IMG/VR virus record: IMGVR_UViG_3300031760_000009
Coordinates: 1 to 64,000 of that record
Strand: one strand, 5' to 3'
Origin: a virus
Taxonomy: Duplodnaviria > Caudoviricetes
DNA length: 64,000 nucleotides
Below are positions 28,123 through 40,076 of the stretch, in pieces. The translations under genes and the position numbers were made by a program. The first letter of the stretch is position 1; each line of letters opens with the position of its first letter. The notes beneath the pieces were generated by a model. That model saw only the letters and a program-made list of their open reading frames with translations, was not told the origin of the DNA and did not search any database.

Positions 28123-31100
28123 TTATCTACCACCTATAAGTTTTTGACGCATTTCATTGACAAGTTTTTGTGCGTTCGGGTCATTTGTCTTAATAGCCTG
28201 TAACATATTGTTAATCATTGTACCACTATTTCTAGTTGCACCCAAGTCAAAGAAGATTACATCACCTTTTTGACTTTTTGCTTCTTCAGCGACTCTCATT
28301 CTTGAAGTTTCTTCTATTTTTCCAAGCATAGCTTCAATACTCTTAGTAGTTTCTTCTGCTTTTTTCTTAACATTTTCAGCATTTTGTTTCATAAGATTCC
28401 ATAAATCCAATTCTGCCTGATACCATTCTTCAGAACCTTCTTCTTCGTTTTCAATACGTTGCATTATATTTTTCTTTTGCCATTCGTAATACATTTTTGT
28501 TGGGTCATCACCAGATTCTATACCTGCAATTCCTGTCATTGCGGCGATATTGTCTGATGAAAAATCACCTTTAAGACCAATCAGATTTTTCATTGCATTG
28601 TCTCCAAGTGTTGCGTTAAATTCCTTTAATGCTGTATTTGCAATTTCATAATCATCAAAACCGGAAATAGACCCAAGAATGTCTTCTCTTGCATTTGAAG
28701 TCATTAATAACTTCATAGCATCATTATATTTCTGTTTCGTATCTGCAATAATTGCACCCTTTTCACCAATGAGTTTTAACATACTATCCATAGCTTCTAC
28801 CGCTTCAATTGGGTCATTGTTTTCAATCGCTTGAAAATATGCAGTTTGATATTGATTCATACTATTAAATACCGATTCAAAGTTATCCATTTCACCAGAA
28901 CCAAACGCAGTGCTGGCAAATCCTGAATTATATAATTTTTCATAGACACCGGCAATTTGTTCAAAACCATTTCCAACATTTTGAATTAATGGTGTAATAA
29001 CTTCTGATTGTAATTTATCATAAGATTCATAACCAGCATCTAAAAAATCCTGACTGTTATTATTAACAGTTGCAATGGATTCTATATTTTTAATAATATT
29101 GTCCATTATATTATCATTGGTATGATTCATTATTTTTTCAAGATTTGTTTTTATATCATCTGTTGTATTTTGATATTCCGTCATTGCAAGTTTATGTTCA
29201 AGATTGCTACTTACCAAGTCGGAATATTGCATTATTCCTTCATTTACAAGTGTAAATAAATCATCCAATGTTACATCTGCTCTTAATGCGTAATCATCAA
29301 CTTTAAATTCAGTGCTTGCATAATCCATATATTCTTCTAATGTTTTTCCATAAACATCTTCTATGAATTTACTAGCTTCTTCTTGTGTAAATTGATAAAG
29401 TTGATAATTACCCATAGCACCACCAGCATTATACAAGTATTTATCACCTTTTTGTGTAAGACTACCAATTTCTGCACCATAACCTGCTTCTGTTATTGAT
29501 TTTAAGTAAGCATCACTTGCGTCAGAAGCCATTTGTCTTTTCTGGTCAGCACTATAGACATCATGCCAGTGTCTTGAGTGGAATCGTTTTTTAGTACTAT
29601 ATCGTCTATTAGATTCATTAATTACATTTTGATATGCTGTTGTTGCATCTTTTAATGATGTATCTGCACCAATATCTTCTAAGAACATTTTACCACGTTC
29701 GGTATCTAATGCTTCTGAAATATCAGCACCAAGTTTTTCAGTATTAACTGTACCACGTGAAGTATCATATAATGTTGCATATGTTCCTTCTTTTGTGAAA
29801 TAATCCTGCCAGTTAAGTCTGTTCCCTGTTGCTTCATTATATTCAGACATCATATTGACCATCTGTGTATAAGCACCTTTTGCAATCGGTGATGTTCCAC
29901 TGTATGTATGTTCTACATCTTTATATATATCTTTAAACATTGGAACTTGTTGGGTATGTCGTCCACCAAAAAATCTACTACCAGTTTTTTTGGTATAATA
30001 TCCTACAAGTTCACGACCTACTAATTCTGATTCCGCAACAGTTTCAGTCAATTCTGTAGGATTCATCATGGCACGAAGATTTCCACTTTCAAGACCAAGA
30101 CGTTCACCCATTGTTTTTGTTCTATAAAGATTTGCAATATCATGTACTTGTTTTTCGTTATATGTACCGTCTGAATGTTGTATGCGTTTTAATGTATCAA
30201 TCCAATCACTTGTTATAGATATTTTAAGATTTTTTGTTGCTTCTTCAAGATTTTCTGTAGCCTGTAACATTCTGGTTTGCCAATCATACCATTCTTTTGT
30301 TTCTGGTACATAACCTTTACCATCATTAACAGAATACCATTCATTATTCAGTTTTTGAATTTCATTTCTATATGAAATCAATGGGTCATTTTTACCATAT
30401 TTTGCAGTTTCATAATCAAGTTTTGCATTTTCAGTATCTAATTTTTCCTTTATTATAGCATCTGTGTTTTCAGCTACGGCATTTTTAGCATTACCTAATT
30501 CATCTGTAAGATTCATTATCTTTTCATTCAATTCTGTTAATGTATATGATTTACCATCGAATAAAGTTTGTGTAAAACCAGTATCATGACCATAATATTT
30601 TGAAGCTTGTGATTTATATTGGTCAAGTTCAGATTTAATCATATCAACCTTATCTTGTTCATGAACACCCATTTCAGTTAAATACTGCATATAATTGGTG
30701 TTTTGTAATTTATTAAGTCTTCTTTGTGAAGCATTATGTTCATCAGAAGCTTCACCAACAAGATTCCAGTATCTTTGAAGGGATTTTACAAATGAAGTTG
30801 CATCTGTGTTCATAATGGTTCGTTTAGTACCTTTCCATTTATGACCACGTTTACTTGTCCACATTGCAACGTCACCAAACTGATAATTCTTCAAAGCATC
30901 AAGCATTTCTGAATCTGCAAGATAATAATTACTAGCAAGTGTATTTCTATTTGCTACAAGTGAACTTCTGAGTGAATTAAATTCATCTCCACGTGCACGA
31001 CCTTCGGCGGTTCTGTCTTTGGCTCCACCAAACCAGCCTTTTTTGCCAAGAACACTTGCAACTGCACCAACTACAGGTATTGCAGTACCAAGACTAGCTC

Positions 31101-34100
31101 CAAGAATCTTAGTTCCTGTTAATTTTGCGGCAACTTTAGCACCAGCAGTTTTACCAAACAATGTAGAAGTTAATCCAGTAGCAACTTTTGTAAATGAATT
31201 TGCACCTTTAAGGCTTTCAAATGTATCTGCTCCAATAGTACTTGCTGATGCAAGAGAATCTACAATGCCTTTACCAGACATCATATTACCTAAGAATGAA
31301 CCTACAGAAGCACCACCGAATTTTGATTCTACATTTTCAACTGTACCGAACAATGTTCCAAATATGCCTTTTAATGGTGTTTGTTTTTCAGCACTATTAC
31401 CACCATATTCAGTTAATGCTTTTTTACCACTAAACATATTAACAATGTTACCAACGCCTGGTAATGCTTTTGATGCAAGCTGAACATATTTATTTCCAGA
31501 AATACCGCTTGCAATACCACTTATAGGATTTGAACTACCAAGCATACTTGGCATATCGAATCCACCAAATGCGTCTGTAATTGTTTCTACTCCAGATATT
31601 CCTGATGTAATATTGTTTATAACTGGAGCATATACAGATACAGTTGATTGAACACCGTCTTTAACAGCTTCAAATATACCTTTCACATAACTTAATTCTT
31701 CTTTATTAACATTAACTATATCATTATTTTCAATTTGACCTGTTCTTGATATACTTTCAAAATTTGAACTTGGTTCTGTATAACCACCAAATTTTTTATA
31801 ATAACCCATAACTTTCTTAACATAATCTTGGGTTTCTTTAAATGGTGGAATTTGACCATTACGTAATGATTCTCTGTCTGGTCCAGCATTATATGCGGCT
31901 AATGCCAAATCAACTCTTCCAAATCGTCTAAGCTGTTTACCAAGATATTTTGTACCACCTTTTATATTATCTTCTGGGTCAAAACTGTTTTTAACACCAA
32001 GTATTTTTGCTGTTTCAGGCATTAATTGCATTAATCCAACAGCACCTTTATTTGAAACAGAATTTGGATTAAATGAAGATTCCTGTTGTATTACCGCACG
32101 TATTAGATTTTCAGGTACACCTTCTTTTATCGAAGCTTCACGAATATATTCATCATATCTATGATTTTTTGAAACCTTACTTGATGTTCTTGTTATATTT
32201 GGGTTTTCAAAAGCATCCAACATAGAACCCATCTTTTCCTGATGTTGTACACTTCCATGAATCAATGTTTGTTCTTCTTTGTTTTCAATACGTTCTGCAA
32301 CTTCTCTAATCTTATCAAGACTTGTGATAACAGTTAAAAAATTCTTATCATTTTCAACTTGGAACTTTTTAATATCATTAGATGTATTTACATTGAGTTC
32401 AGCAATAGAATTTTCAACACCAGCCATCGGATTTTCTTTTTCAGCGTTCATTGAAGAACCATATACAAATGACGTAAGCTGATTTGCTATTTCATTTGTA
32501 TAAATTCCTACATAATTCTTTTTTATAGTATCACCAATATCTTTGAATGATTGTTTGAAAGAACCACCTTCCATAACCATTTTATCAAGACCATTCTTAA
32601 TTGTCTGCTGTGTTAATTTCACAATTTCCTGAACGGCGTTGATTACCGCAGTTTTCATATCTGTGAATGAATTGATTGCTATATCACGTACCTTACGTAC
32701 CATAGAACCAACATCATCACGTTCAAGACCTTCGTTTATTATATCTGTATAACGGCTACCTGCGGCATCACGGACTTTCTTATAAGGACTGTTCATCAAT
32801 GAAGTCCAGTTCTGCTTGATTGCACCAAGACCCATCTTTCCGATATTCTTATTCTGGGCTTCTATATACATTCTCTGACTTACAAGATTATCATAGTATG
32901 CACGTTCTGCATTATAACGATTTGCAAGTTCTGTTAAAATCTGTTTTCCTGTGTCTGATAAATTCTTGTAATTTATATTACCTTCAGAAACATCAGTCAT
33001 CATCTTATTCAAATCATCTTTGTATTCTCTCTGCATTTCATTCAGATATTCTGAAAATTCGTTTGTAGTAGAGAAATAAACAGAATACTGCAACATAAGA
33101 CTGTCTGAAATGTCTGAGAACAATTCGTCTTCCATAGCCTTGCGTTTTGTCATTATGTAATTTACAATATCTGTCGGTGTGTATGTAGATGATTTCTTGG
33201 CAAGTGTTTCACGCATTATATCTACAGATTTAACAACCGTATCATAAATCATTCCATCTATGGACATTGCTTTATTAACAGCGTTGATACCAGCTATCGG
33301 AATCGTGAACATTGATTTATATACATTTGGTTCTGGTGTCTTTGCCATACTTTTCATTACATTAAAGATACTGCCAAAACTTTCAATACGTTTTATATTA
33401 AGTTCATCAATACCTTTTGCACCAAAATTACCGTAAGATGTTGTAAATGCCTTATCCATACTATCGGTTTTTATTCTTGTAGCAAATGCACTGCCACGCT
33501 GATATGCAATATCACTTATATTCTTTGCTATAGAATTTAACTGTTTGTCATAATTCAATGGTTCTGGGTCTGCGGCAACTCTATCAAGATGTATTTTATC
33601 AATACCATCTTTGATACCTGTAAGCTTAACAAGACCTGCTTTTATATCATTTTCAAATCGTTCATAATCAAATTCACCTTTTTCATTTTTATAAGATTCT
33701 AGTTGTTTATTGAAATCTTTTAATGCTTGTTCTGCTGTTTTTGAAGCAGTTTGTGCACCTTCAAGTCCTTTACTATCGCCTGTAAATAAACTTTTAACAA
33801 AATCAATTCCACCACCGATACCATTAAATGCACCACTTATTGCATTTATACCTGTTCCGATTTTTGTCTGACCAAACAATTTTGAGCGTTCTTCAGCAAG
33901 TTTTTCACGCTTCTGTCTGGCAATCATATCAACACTAACATCATCTGTTAAACCGTTTAAATATTCTGCAAATTGTTTTAAATAAAAAGTTTCTTTTTCA
34001 AATTTAACAGATTCTTTATAATCATTTCCTGAATATGTTCTTTCTGATACTTGATATTGTCCATTTGAATAATAAATGTCATTTTTGTTCTGTTTAATTA

Positions 34101-37100
34101 TGTTAGAAAGAGATTCATCAGTTATTGTTTTAATATTTCCAGTGTTCCAAAAACTATTTGCATATTTTAAATAATTTTCTAAATCATTTTTTATAACATC
34201 GTCTACAGAACCACGATAACTAATATCACTACCTTCTATTAATCTGGTTTTTGCGGCATTTGAACCAGGAAGACCCATTTCTACAATCATTTGGTCAAAT
34301 TCAACTTTTAATGAATCAATTATCGTATCAAAAATTTTACTATATGTATCAAAAGAAGAAATTAAATCATACAATGCTGTAGCCAATGCGGTTACACTTC
34401 CGACAATCAATACAAGTTTTGCACTTGCAATACCAACAAACCCTGCAACCGAACTGAATCCTTTTGCAAGTAAACCAACACTTATAACACTTGCAGTAAT
34501 ACCAGATGTAATGGCACCAATACCATTACCAATCAAAGATATTACATTTCCTGGTCCAAACAACCAAAGATAGAATAAACCTTTATCATTAAGACCTGTT
34601 TTCTTCAATGCTCCTACAACATCACCAATAACGTCCAATACAGTAATTGAAAAATTCAGAACCGTTTTTATAACTTCTGTAATCTTCTTTTTTATGGTAT
34701 CAATCATAGGTTCAACAATTTTCTTTAATTCTTCAACACTTTCCAGAAGTTTCTGAACATAATCTACAACTGTTTTAACGTCCAATAAGTTATCAACATA
34801 CTTAACAGATTTTGCAAAAAATTCCAAAGCAGATGTAAACATTTCTGGCAATGAATCAAATTTAACATCAAATATCTGTGAAAATATATCTTTTATTTTC
34901 ATAGCCATATCTTTGATGGAATTATATACATTGGAGAATACGTCTGAAAGTCTTTGTGCAAATGATTTACCAGAATCACTGGTTACAAAATCCAATACAA
35001 GATTACGTATCTTTCTGAAATCTTTTGCAACTAAATCATAAAATCCAGAATTACCTATATTTGCTTTAAATAAATCGATAGCACCTTTTATTTTTTCAAT
35101 TATGACTGATATAGTATCAGAAACTTTATTTATAGTCGATACGTCCAAGAATGTGTCAAAATAATTTTCAAGAGAATCCAACAATGCCATTGGGTCAGTC
35201 TTTACAGCGGCAAGACCCATTGTACCACGAACATTCATTATATTTGCAGTCGGCAAGTCGAATCTTCTCTGTAATGAACGCAGGTCACCAGCAAATGCGT
35301 TTCTCAATGAGAATATGGCATCTGATGATTTCTGGTCTGGACGCATTGTTGTCATTGCTGTGATTACCTTGAACATCTTGGTCATCAATGCATCTGATTT
35401 TTCTCTGTCATTTGATTTCAATATTGTCTGAAGTGTAGGGATTGCAGACATTTCACTCAATGTTTTCACAGCCTGTGTATAATCAATAGGCATACCTCTT
35501 GTTATGCTATATACAGAATTTATCATCTGATTTGATTTTGTTGGTGATTGATAAACACCTGTAATTGCGATTGTCTGTTTTCTGTATATATCTGTTGCAC
35601 CAACTATAGATTTACCCATCGCAGCAAATCCTACAACAAACCCTGTAACTGCGGCAGTCACAGTTGCAACAGCACCAGTTATAGCGATTGTTATATTCTT
35701 GATTACAGTGCTGACAATACCATAAATCTTGCTGAAAGCAGATTCAAGCATCTTGACACCGCTTGAAAACATACCTTTGACACTGCTTACAAAACCAGAT
35801 AATGATTTCTTCAGATTAGCAAAGTTGAATACCTTGTTGAACATAGTATCTAAATCTATGAATTTAGATAATTCCTTTAATTTACCAAAACCACCCTGTC
35901 TGACTTGTTCATAATCAATATCAGCATTTGTATTAAAGATATGACCGATATTGTGATTGAATTTTTCCATTGCTGGAATTACTTTCTGTTTATATTTATC
36001 TTCAAGTTTAGCAATTTCTTTAGCACGTTCTGCAATTGTACCAGTAATATAATTGTCCAACTCTGCATTTAACTTATCAATTTCTCCTCTTAGGTATTCT
36101 TGATTTGCTTTTGTTTTTGTTGTACCAAGCAATGATTCTTGAAATTTTAAAGCATTTTTTATTCTTTCAACTTCTGTTTTTTCTATATCTGTTAATGAAA
36201 ATTTACCACTTCTGCTGAGTTCAGGTATTTTATACTTGCCGAATATAGATTTATAAGTAGAATCTCCAGCAAGCATCTTATCTGCCTGTTTAATACCTGA
36301 TTTGATTTCTTTTTTAGAATCTCTTGTCATTTTTTCGATTTCTTTTTCCTGACGTTTTGCTTCTTTTGCAGTATCGCTTTCAGACATTTTGATTCTACGT
36401 GCAGATTCTTTATATGCGTTGATTGCTTCTACAATACCTTTAACTGCCTGTTTAAATTCTTCATCGCTTGCATTTAAAAGAGTGTCAGCAGTATTAAACA
36501 TATCACTGATATGTCTAAGTTCCGCAACATCTCCAAATTGCCCCATTTTGACTATATTATTATTAGCATCATGCACATTCTTGTCATTAAAATCACCAAG
36601 AGAGCGTTTTAATTTATCAAGTGTTTCATTTCTAGTTAATGTTACTTTTTCAGATTTTTCATCTTTTCTTCTTTGATTTTCCTGTTCTCTGAATAATTCA
36701 CGTTCGGCTTTGATAAGTTCTTTTGTTCGGAATACCATCTGTGCTTTTATTTCAGCCTGTTCTTCCAACAATTTCAAAGTCTGCATTGGATTTGTACCTT
36801 CAATATTTGCTTTTGCTATCTTATCTCCAATTGAATTAAATTGTTCTTGTAATATTAATAAATTTAAATCAGCACGTCCATTATTCTCATCTATAAAATC
36901 TCTATAACTTCTTTGTTCATTACCTATTTTATAATTCTGAGAAAAATATCCATAATCGTTATCAAATAGTTTTGTATCTAATCTACCAGAACGATATTTA
37001 TATGTAATATTCTGCCATTCCATCGGTGTAACTTCTGGATTTGATGAATTATTAAATTGGAACTTATAAAAATCACTCATATGTTTCAATATATGAGTTG

Positions 37101-39990
37101 CTGTTTCATTCAGTTCCATTATTTGTTTTAAAGTAGCAAGACTATTATCTTTATTAACATCACCGAGGTTTATTTTCCATTCCTGTGCATTTTTATCAAA
37201 TTTTATAATAGCACCAGTGTTTGTTAGCGGTTTATCATGTTCTGCATTAATAGGTCTACTGTTTTCATCTTGACCTGCAATTATAAATTTATTTGAATTA
37301 ACACCTTGATTTGTATTTCTTGCTGTATTTCCAAAATATTCAACTGGGAAATTCTGACCAGTATATTTTGTTGGTGGTTTCTGTTCTTTCGGAGGTTCAT
37401 TTCCACCTTTGCCAGAATCACCTGTACCACTTTCTATAGTTTTCTTTGTGTTATTAACAGCATTATTTATAATTTCTTCGGTCTTTTTAACTGTATCTGC
37501 ACTATTAACAGTTTCCTTAACAGTGTCTTTAACAGTTTCACTTATCTGTTTAGCATTTGCAACAGCACTTTTTAAATCTTCTATAAATTCATTAGCTTTG
37601 TTTATATCTTCTTGTAAAGGATTATCGACAGATAGTTTATTAAATAATTCTTGACGTTGATTTTTAAAACTATTTTTTAAATCAGATTCTTTAATCTGAT
37701 TCATCAAATCTCGTACACTATTAAACCAGTTATCAACATCAAATCCACTTGGAACAACTTGTGTCTGTTCGTCTACTACAGAAGATTTAAATATTGTTAA
37801 TGCGTTCTGAACATAATCTTTCTGATATGAATCCATTACAGACTGTTTTTTCTTTTCATCACCTGTAGATACAGCATCATTCATATTTTTTATGAATCTT
37901 TGAAAATTAATTTTATCTAATCCTTTTAATTGTTTTTCTATATTTTCTGACGTAACATATTGATTTATTTCTTTAACAACTTCTTCAAATGTAACTTTTT
38001 TATTATTTCCAGATGAATGTTCAGCCATAATCATTTCTTGTTTATAGCCACCAGTAGAACCATTAACTATAAATGGATTCTTACCAGAATTTACACGAGC
38101 CAATACATCACCATAAGATGTTATAGCTGATTCAAATGCTAGTTTAAATGCGTTTGCACTATTGTCAATAGCTGATTCAAACTGGGTTTTAAATGTATCT
38201 GCAAGTGATTTTATACAGGTTTCAAAATTATTAATTCCTGCACATTGTTCTTTAACTTTATCAGAAAATTCTGCACGTATTTTTTCATCAGAATTAGCAC
38301 TTGGTATTCTTCCCAATGCACCTTTTAATGATGATTCTAAATTTTTAAAATCTTCTTTTGATTCTGGGTCTAATGAATCATATACTTCTAATAATGTATC
38401 TATATCAAATTTTGAAAGATTATCATAACCAATTTTACGTAAAGTTTCTGATATATTTTTAAGATTTTTAATTTTATCAGTTGTATTATCATAAGGTAAA
38501 TTACCTATTTTTTTACCCAATTCTTCAACTTCTTTAAATTTATTTAATTTTTCTTCCGAATCTCCAGTAAAAAAATTATAAAGTTTGTTTTTATAGCGTT
38601 CATTTTTTGTATCTGTACCAAATGTCCAAGCGTTCATAATATATTCTATATCAAAAGGTGAATAATTAAAATCAGTAACGTCTATATTGTTTTCTTTAAA
38701 CATCTTTTTAACATACTGTAATTGTAATAATGCACTGGAGAAGTCATTATTTTGATTTATATTATCAATTATTCTTATAATTTCACTAGAAGTTATACCT
38801 TTTTTTAATTTATGCTGACCCAAATTTTTAATAAGCATATCTTGAGACGCTACTATATTTTCACCATTCATCAATCCAAACAATGACGCAAATGATTTAA
38901 GTGTTTCATCATTAATTGAACGTGTATATTTTCTATCAATCAATGTATCATTAACTCGCTTACCGCCAGTAATATTTGACAATCCAGATACATAGTTTTT
39001 AAAACTTCTTGCAAATACTTCATGAGCATCATTAATATAACCATGATGTTTAACATTAGATTCTGCATATTTTGATGTTGAACGTGTATCAATATTTTCA
39101 AAAACATGTAATAATGCTTCTGCTTTTGTTATTGATGTATTATATATTTCATCAATTTCCTTAGACTGTTTATTAAATTGTTCTTGAGTAATTTTGCCAG
39201 ATAATTGTTTATCAAGTAATGAATTTTTTTCAATCTCATATTCCGAATCTTTATTTTTTTTAAGATAATTTATTTTACCTTTTAATTTATAAATCATTTC
39301 TTCAACAGTCATTTCATCTTTATATTCTACACCAATATCATTTAAAATTTTTTGTAATATCAGATGTCCATATTCATGAAATAATGTTGAATTTAAATCA
39401 TCAGGACGGTATTTATCTCGTTTAGTTGAAGCAATTACAGAATTTCCTAATCGTACAAATCCAGCAACATCACTGTCTTCATCTTTCTTTTTATACCCAC
39501 GTTTATCAATAACACCATTTTCAAATCCTATAACTTTTACAGCTTGGTCTAAATATCCTTTTTCTCCTTCTTTACCAACAACAAGCTTTAAATGTTTGTT
39601 ATTTAAAGAAGTCAATGTACCTAATAATTTGGGGTCTTTATTTAATGCTTTTGCTAATAATGCCAACTGGTCGTATATTGCATCTTTTTCAGCACGGTCT
39701 TTATTTGCTTCGTCTTGACCAAATGCACTGCTGTCAAGTTCTACACCAAAGGTCTTCCAAATGTCAAAAGCACCCTTATGCTGATTTACACCTCTGTCAA
39801 GAGTATCAAGAGTTTCATCAATGGCTTTATTCAGACTTACAAATTGATTATCTATTTTTTCTGTATTTGCAGTAACTTCTGCTTGAACATGTATTGTTTC
39901 ATTAGTAAGTCCTGCATTATCTATAGAATTTATCAACTTTTCATAGGTATTCTTTTCTTCATTTGTTAAAAGTCCGTCATTATCAGCCAT
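28123..39990 (-). CDS. giant tape measure protein with N-terminal zincin-like metallopeptidase and internal SLT lytic transglycosylase
   Basis: Start MADND after GGAG; HEYGH...HEVFARSF; TMP-like helical and amphipathic regions; SLT AVIQQESSFNP...GAVGLMQLMPETA...LALAAYNAG...ETQDYV; follows the tail chaperones. Confidence 0.88.
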   Translation of the reverse strand: MADNDGLLTNEEKNTYEKLINSIDNAGLTNETIHVQAEVTANTEKIDNQFVSLNKAIDETLDTLDRGVNQHKGAFDIWKTFGVELDSSAFGQDEANKDRAEKDAIYDQLALLAKALNKDPKLLGTLTSLNNKHLKLVVGKEGEKGYLDQAVKVIGFENGVIDKRGYKKKDEDSDVAGFVRLGNSVIASTKRDKYRPDDLNSTLFHEYGHLILQKILNDIGVEYKDEMTVEEMIYKLKGKINYLKKNKDSEYEIEKNSLLDKQLSGKITQEQFNKQSKEIDEIYNTSITKAEALLHVFENIDTRSTSKYAESNVKHHGYINDAHEVFARSFKNYVSGLSNITGGKRVNDTLIDRKYTRSINDETLKSFASLFGLMNGENIVASQDMLIKNLGQHKLKKGITSSEIIRIIDNINQNNDFSSALLQLQYVKKMFKENNIDVTDFNYSPFDIEYIMNAWTFGTDTKNERYKNKLYNFFTGDSEEKLNKFKEVEELGKKIGNLPYDNTTDKIKNLKNISETLRKIGYDNLSKFDIDTLLEVYDSLDPESKEDFKNLESSLKGALGRIPSANSDEKIRAEFSDKVKEQCAGINNFETCIKSLADTFKTQFESAIDNSANAFKLAFESAITSYGDVLARVNSGKNPFIVNGSTGGYKQEMIMAEHSSGNNKKVTFEEVVKEINQYVTSENIEKQLKGLDKINFQRFIKNMNDAVSTGDEKKKQSVMDSYQKDYVQNALTIFKSSVVDEQTQVVPSGFDVDNWFNSVRDLMNQIKESDLKNSFKNQRQELFNKLSVDNPLQEDINKANEFIEDLKSAVANAKQISETVKDTVKETVNSADTVKKTEEIINNAVNNTKKTIESGTGDSGKGGNEPPKEQKPPTKYTGQNFPVEYFGNTARNTNQGVNSNKFIIAGQDENSRPINAEHDKPLTNTGAIIKFDKNAQEWKINLGDVNKDNSLATLKQIMELNETATHILKHMSDFYKFQFNNSSNPEVTPMEWQNITYKYRSGRLDTKLFDNDYGYFSQNYKIGNEQRSYRDFIDENNGRADLNLLILQEQFNSIGDKIAKANIEGTNPMQTLKLLEEQAEIKAQMVFRTKELIKAERELFREQENQRRKDEKSEKVTLTRNETLDKLKRSLGDFNDKNVHDANNNIVKMGQFGDVAELRHISDMFNTADTLLNASDEEFKQAVKGIVEAINAYKESARRIKMSESDTAKEAKRQEKEIEKMTRDSKKEIKSGIKQADKMLAGDSTYKSIFGKYKIPELSRSGKFSLTDIEKTEVERIKNALKFQESLLGTTKTKANQEYLRGEIDKLNAELDNYITGTIAERAKEIAKLEDKYKQKVIPAMEKFNHNIGHIFNTNADIDYEQVRQGGFGKLKELSKFIDLDTMFNKVFNFANLKKSLSGFVSSVKGMFSSGVKMLESAFSKIYGIVSTVIKNITIAITGAVATVTAAVTGFVVGFAAMGKSIVGATDIYRKQTIAITGVYQSPTKSNQMINSVYSITRGMPIDYTQAVKTLSEMSAIPTLQTILKSNDREKSDALMTKMFKVITAMTTMRPDQKSSDAIFSLRNAFAGDLRSLQRRFDLPTANIMNVRGTMGLAAVKTDPMALLDSLENYFDTFLDVSTINKVSDTISVIIEKIKGAIDLFKANIGNSGFYDLVAKDFRKIRNLVLDFVTSDSGKSFAQRLSDVFSNVYNSIKDMAMKIKDIFSQIFDVKFDSLPEMFTSALEFFAKSVKYVDNLLDVKTVVDYVQKLLESVEELKKIVEPMIDTIKKKITEVIKTVLNFSITVLDVIGDVVGALKKTGLNDKGLFYLWLFGPGNVISLIGNGIGAITSGITASVISVGLLAKGFSSVAGFVGIASAKLVLIVGSVTALATALYDLISSFDTYSKIFDTIIDSLKVEFDQMIVEMGLPGSNAAKTRLIEGSDISYRGSVDDVIKNDLENYLKYANSFWNTGNIKTITDESLSNIIKQNKNDIYYSNGQYQVSERTYSGNDYKESVKFEKETFYLKQFAEYLNGLTDDVSVDMIARQKREKLAEERSKLFGQTKIGTGINAISGAFNGIGGGIDFVKSLFTGDSKGLEGAQTASKTAEQALKDFNKQLESYKNEKGEFDYERFENDIKAGLVKLTGIKDGIDKIHLDRVAADPEPLNYDKQLNSIAKNISDIAYQRGSAFATRIKTDSMDKAFTTSYGNFGAKGIDELNIKRIESFGSIFNVMKSMAKTPEPNVYKSMFTIPIAGINAVNKAMSIDGMIYDTVVKSVDIMRETLAKKSSTYTPTDIVNYIMTKRKAMEDELFSDISDSLMLQYSVYFSTTNEFSEYLNEMQREYKDDLNKMMTDVSEGNINYKNLSDTGKQILTELANRYNAERAYYDNLVSQRMYIEAQNKNIGKMGLGAIKQNWTSLMNSPYKKVRDAAGSRYTDIINEGLERDDVGSMVRKVRDIAINSFTDMKTAVINAVQEIVKLTQQTIKNGLDKMVMEGGSFKQSFKDIGDTIKKNYVGIYTNEIANQLTSFVYGSSMNAEKENPMAGVENSIAELNVNTSNDIKKFQVENDKNFLTVITSLDKIREVAERIENKEEQTLIHGSVQHQEKMGSMLDAFENPNITRTSSKVSKNHRYDEYIREASIKEGVPENLIRAVIQQESSFNPNSVSNKGAVGLMQLMPETAKILGVKNSFDPEDNIKGGTKYLGKQLRRFGRVDLALAAYNAGPDRESLRNGQIPPFKETQDYVKKVMGYYKKFGGYTEPSSNFESISRTGQIENNDIVNVNKEELSYVKGIFEAVKDGVQSTVSVYAPVINNITSGISGVETITDAFGGFDMPSMLGSSNPISGIASGISGNKYVQLASKALPGVGNIVNMFSGKKALTEYGGNSAEKQTPLKGIFGTLFGTVENVESKFGGASVGSFLGNMMSGKGIVDSLASASTIGADTFESLKGANSFTKVATGLTSTLFGKTAGAKVAAKLTGTKILGASLGTAIPVVGAVASVLGKKGWFGGAKDRTAEGRARGDEFNSLRSSLVANRNTLASNYYLADSEMLDALKNYQFGDVAMWTSKRGHKWKGTKRTIMNTDATSFVKSLQRYWNLVGEASDEHNASQRRLNKLQNTNYMQYLTEMGVHEQDKVDMIKSELDQYKSQASKYYGHDTGFTQTLFDGKSYTLTELNEKIMNLTDELGNAKNAVAENTDAIIKEKLDTENAKLDYETAKYGKNDPLISYRNEIQKLNNEWYSVNDGKGYVPETKEWYDWQTRMLQATENLEEATKNLKISITSDWIDTLKRIQHSDGTYNEKQVHDIANLYRTKTMGERLGLESGNLRAMMNPTELTETVAESELVGRELVGYYTKKTGSRFFGGRHTQQVPMFKDIYKDVEHTYSGTSPIAKGAYTQMVNMMSEYNEATGNRLNWQDYFTKEGTYATLYDTSRGTVNTEKLGADISEALDTERGKMFLEDIGADTSLKDATTAYQNVINESNRRYSTKKRFHSRHWHDVYSADQKRQMASDASDAYLKSITEAGYGAEIGSLTQKGDKYLYNAGGAMGNYQLYQFTQEEASKFIEDVYGKTLEEYMDYASTEFKVDDYALRADVTLDDLFTLVNEGIMQYSDLVSSNLEHKLAMTEYQNTTDDIKTNLEKIMNHTNDNIMDNIIKNIESIATVNNNSQDFLDAGYESYDKLQSEVITPLIQNVGNGFEQIAGVYEKLYNSGFASTAFGSGEMDNFESVFNSMNQYQTAYFQAIENNDPIEAVEAMDSMLKLIGEKGAIIADTKQKYNDAMKLLMTSNAREDILGSISGFDDYEIANTALKEFNATLGDNAMKNLIGLKGDFSSDNIAAMTGIAGIESGDDPTKMYYEWQKKNIMQRIENEEEGSEEWYQAELDLWNLMKQNAENVKKKAEETTKSIEAMLGKIEETSRMRVAEEAKSQKGDVIFFDLGATRNSGTMINNMLQAIKTNDPNAQKLVNEMRQKLIGGR

Positions 39991-40076
39991 TTTAAATTCT
40001 CCAATATCTAAAATCAAATTAGGCTTCATATATGGTCATATAATGCTTATCCGCATTTATAACCACGATATGAAGC

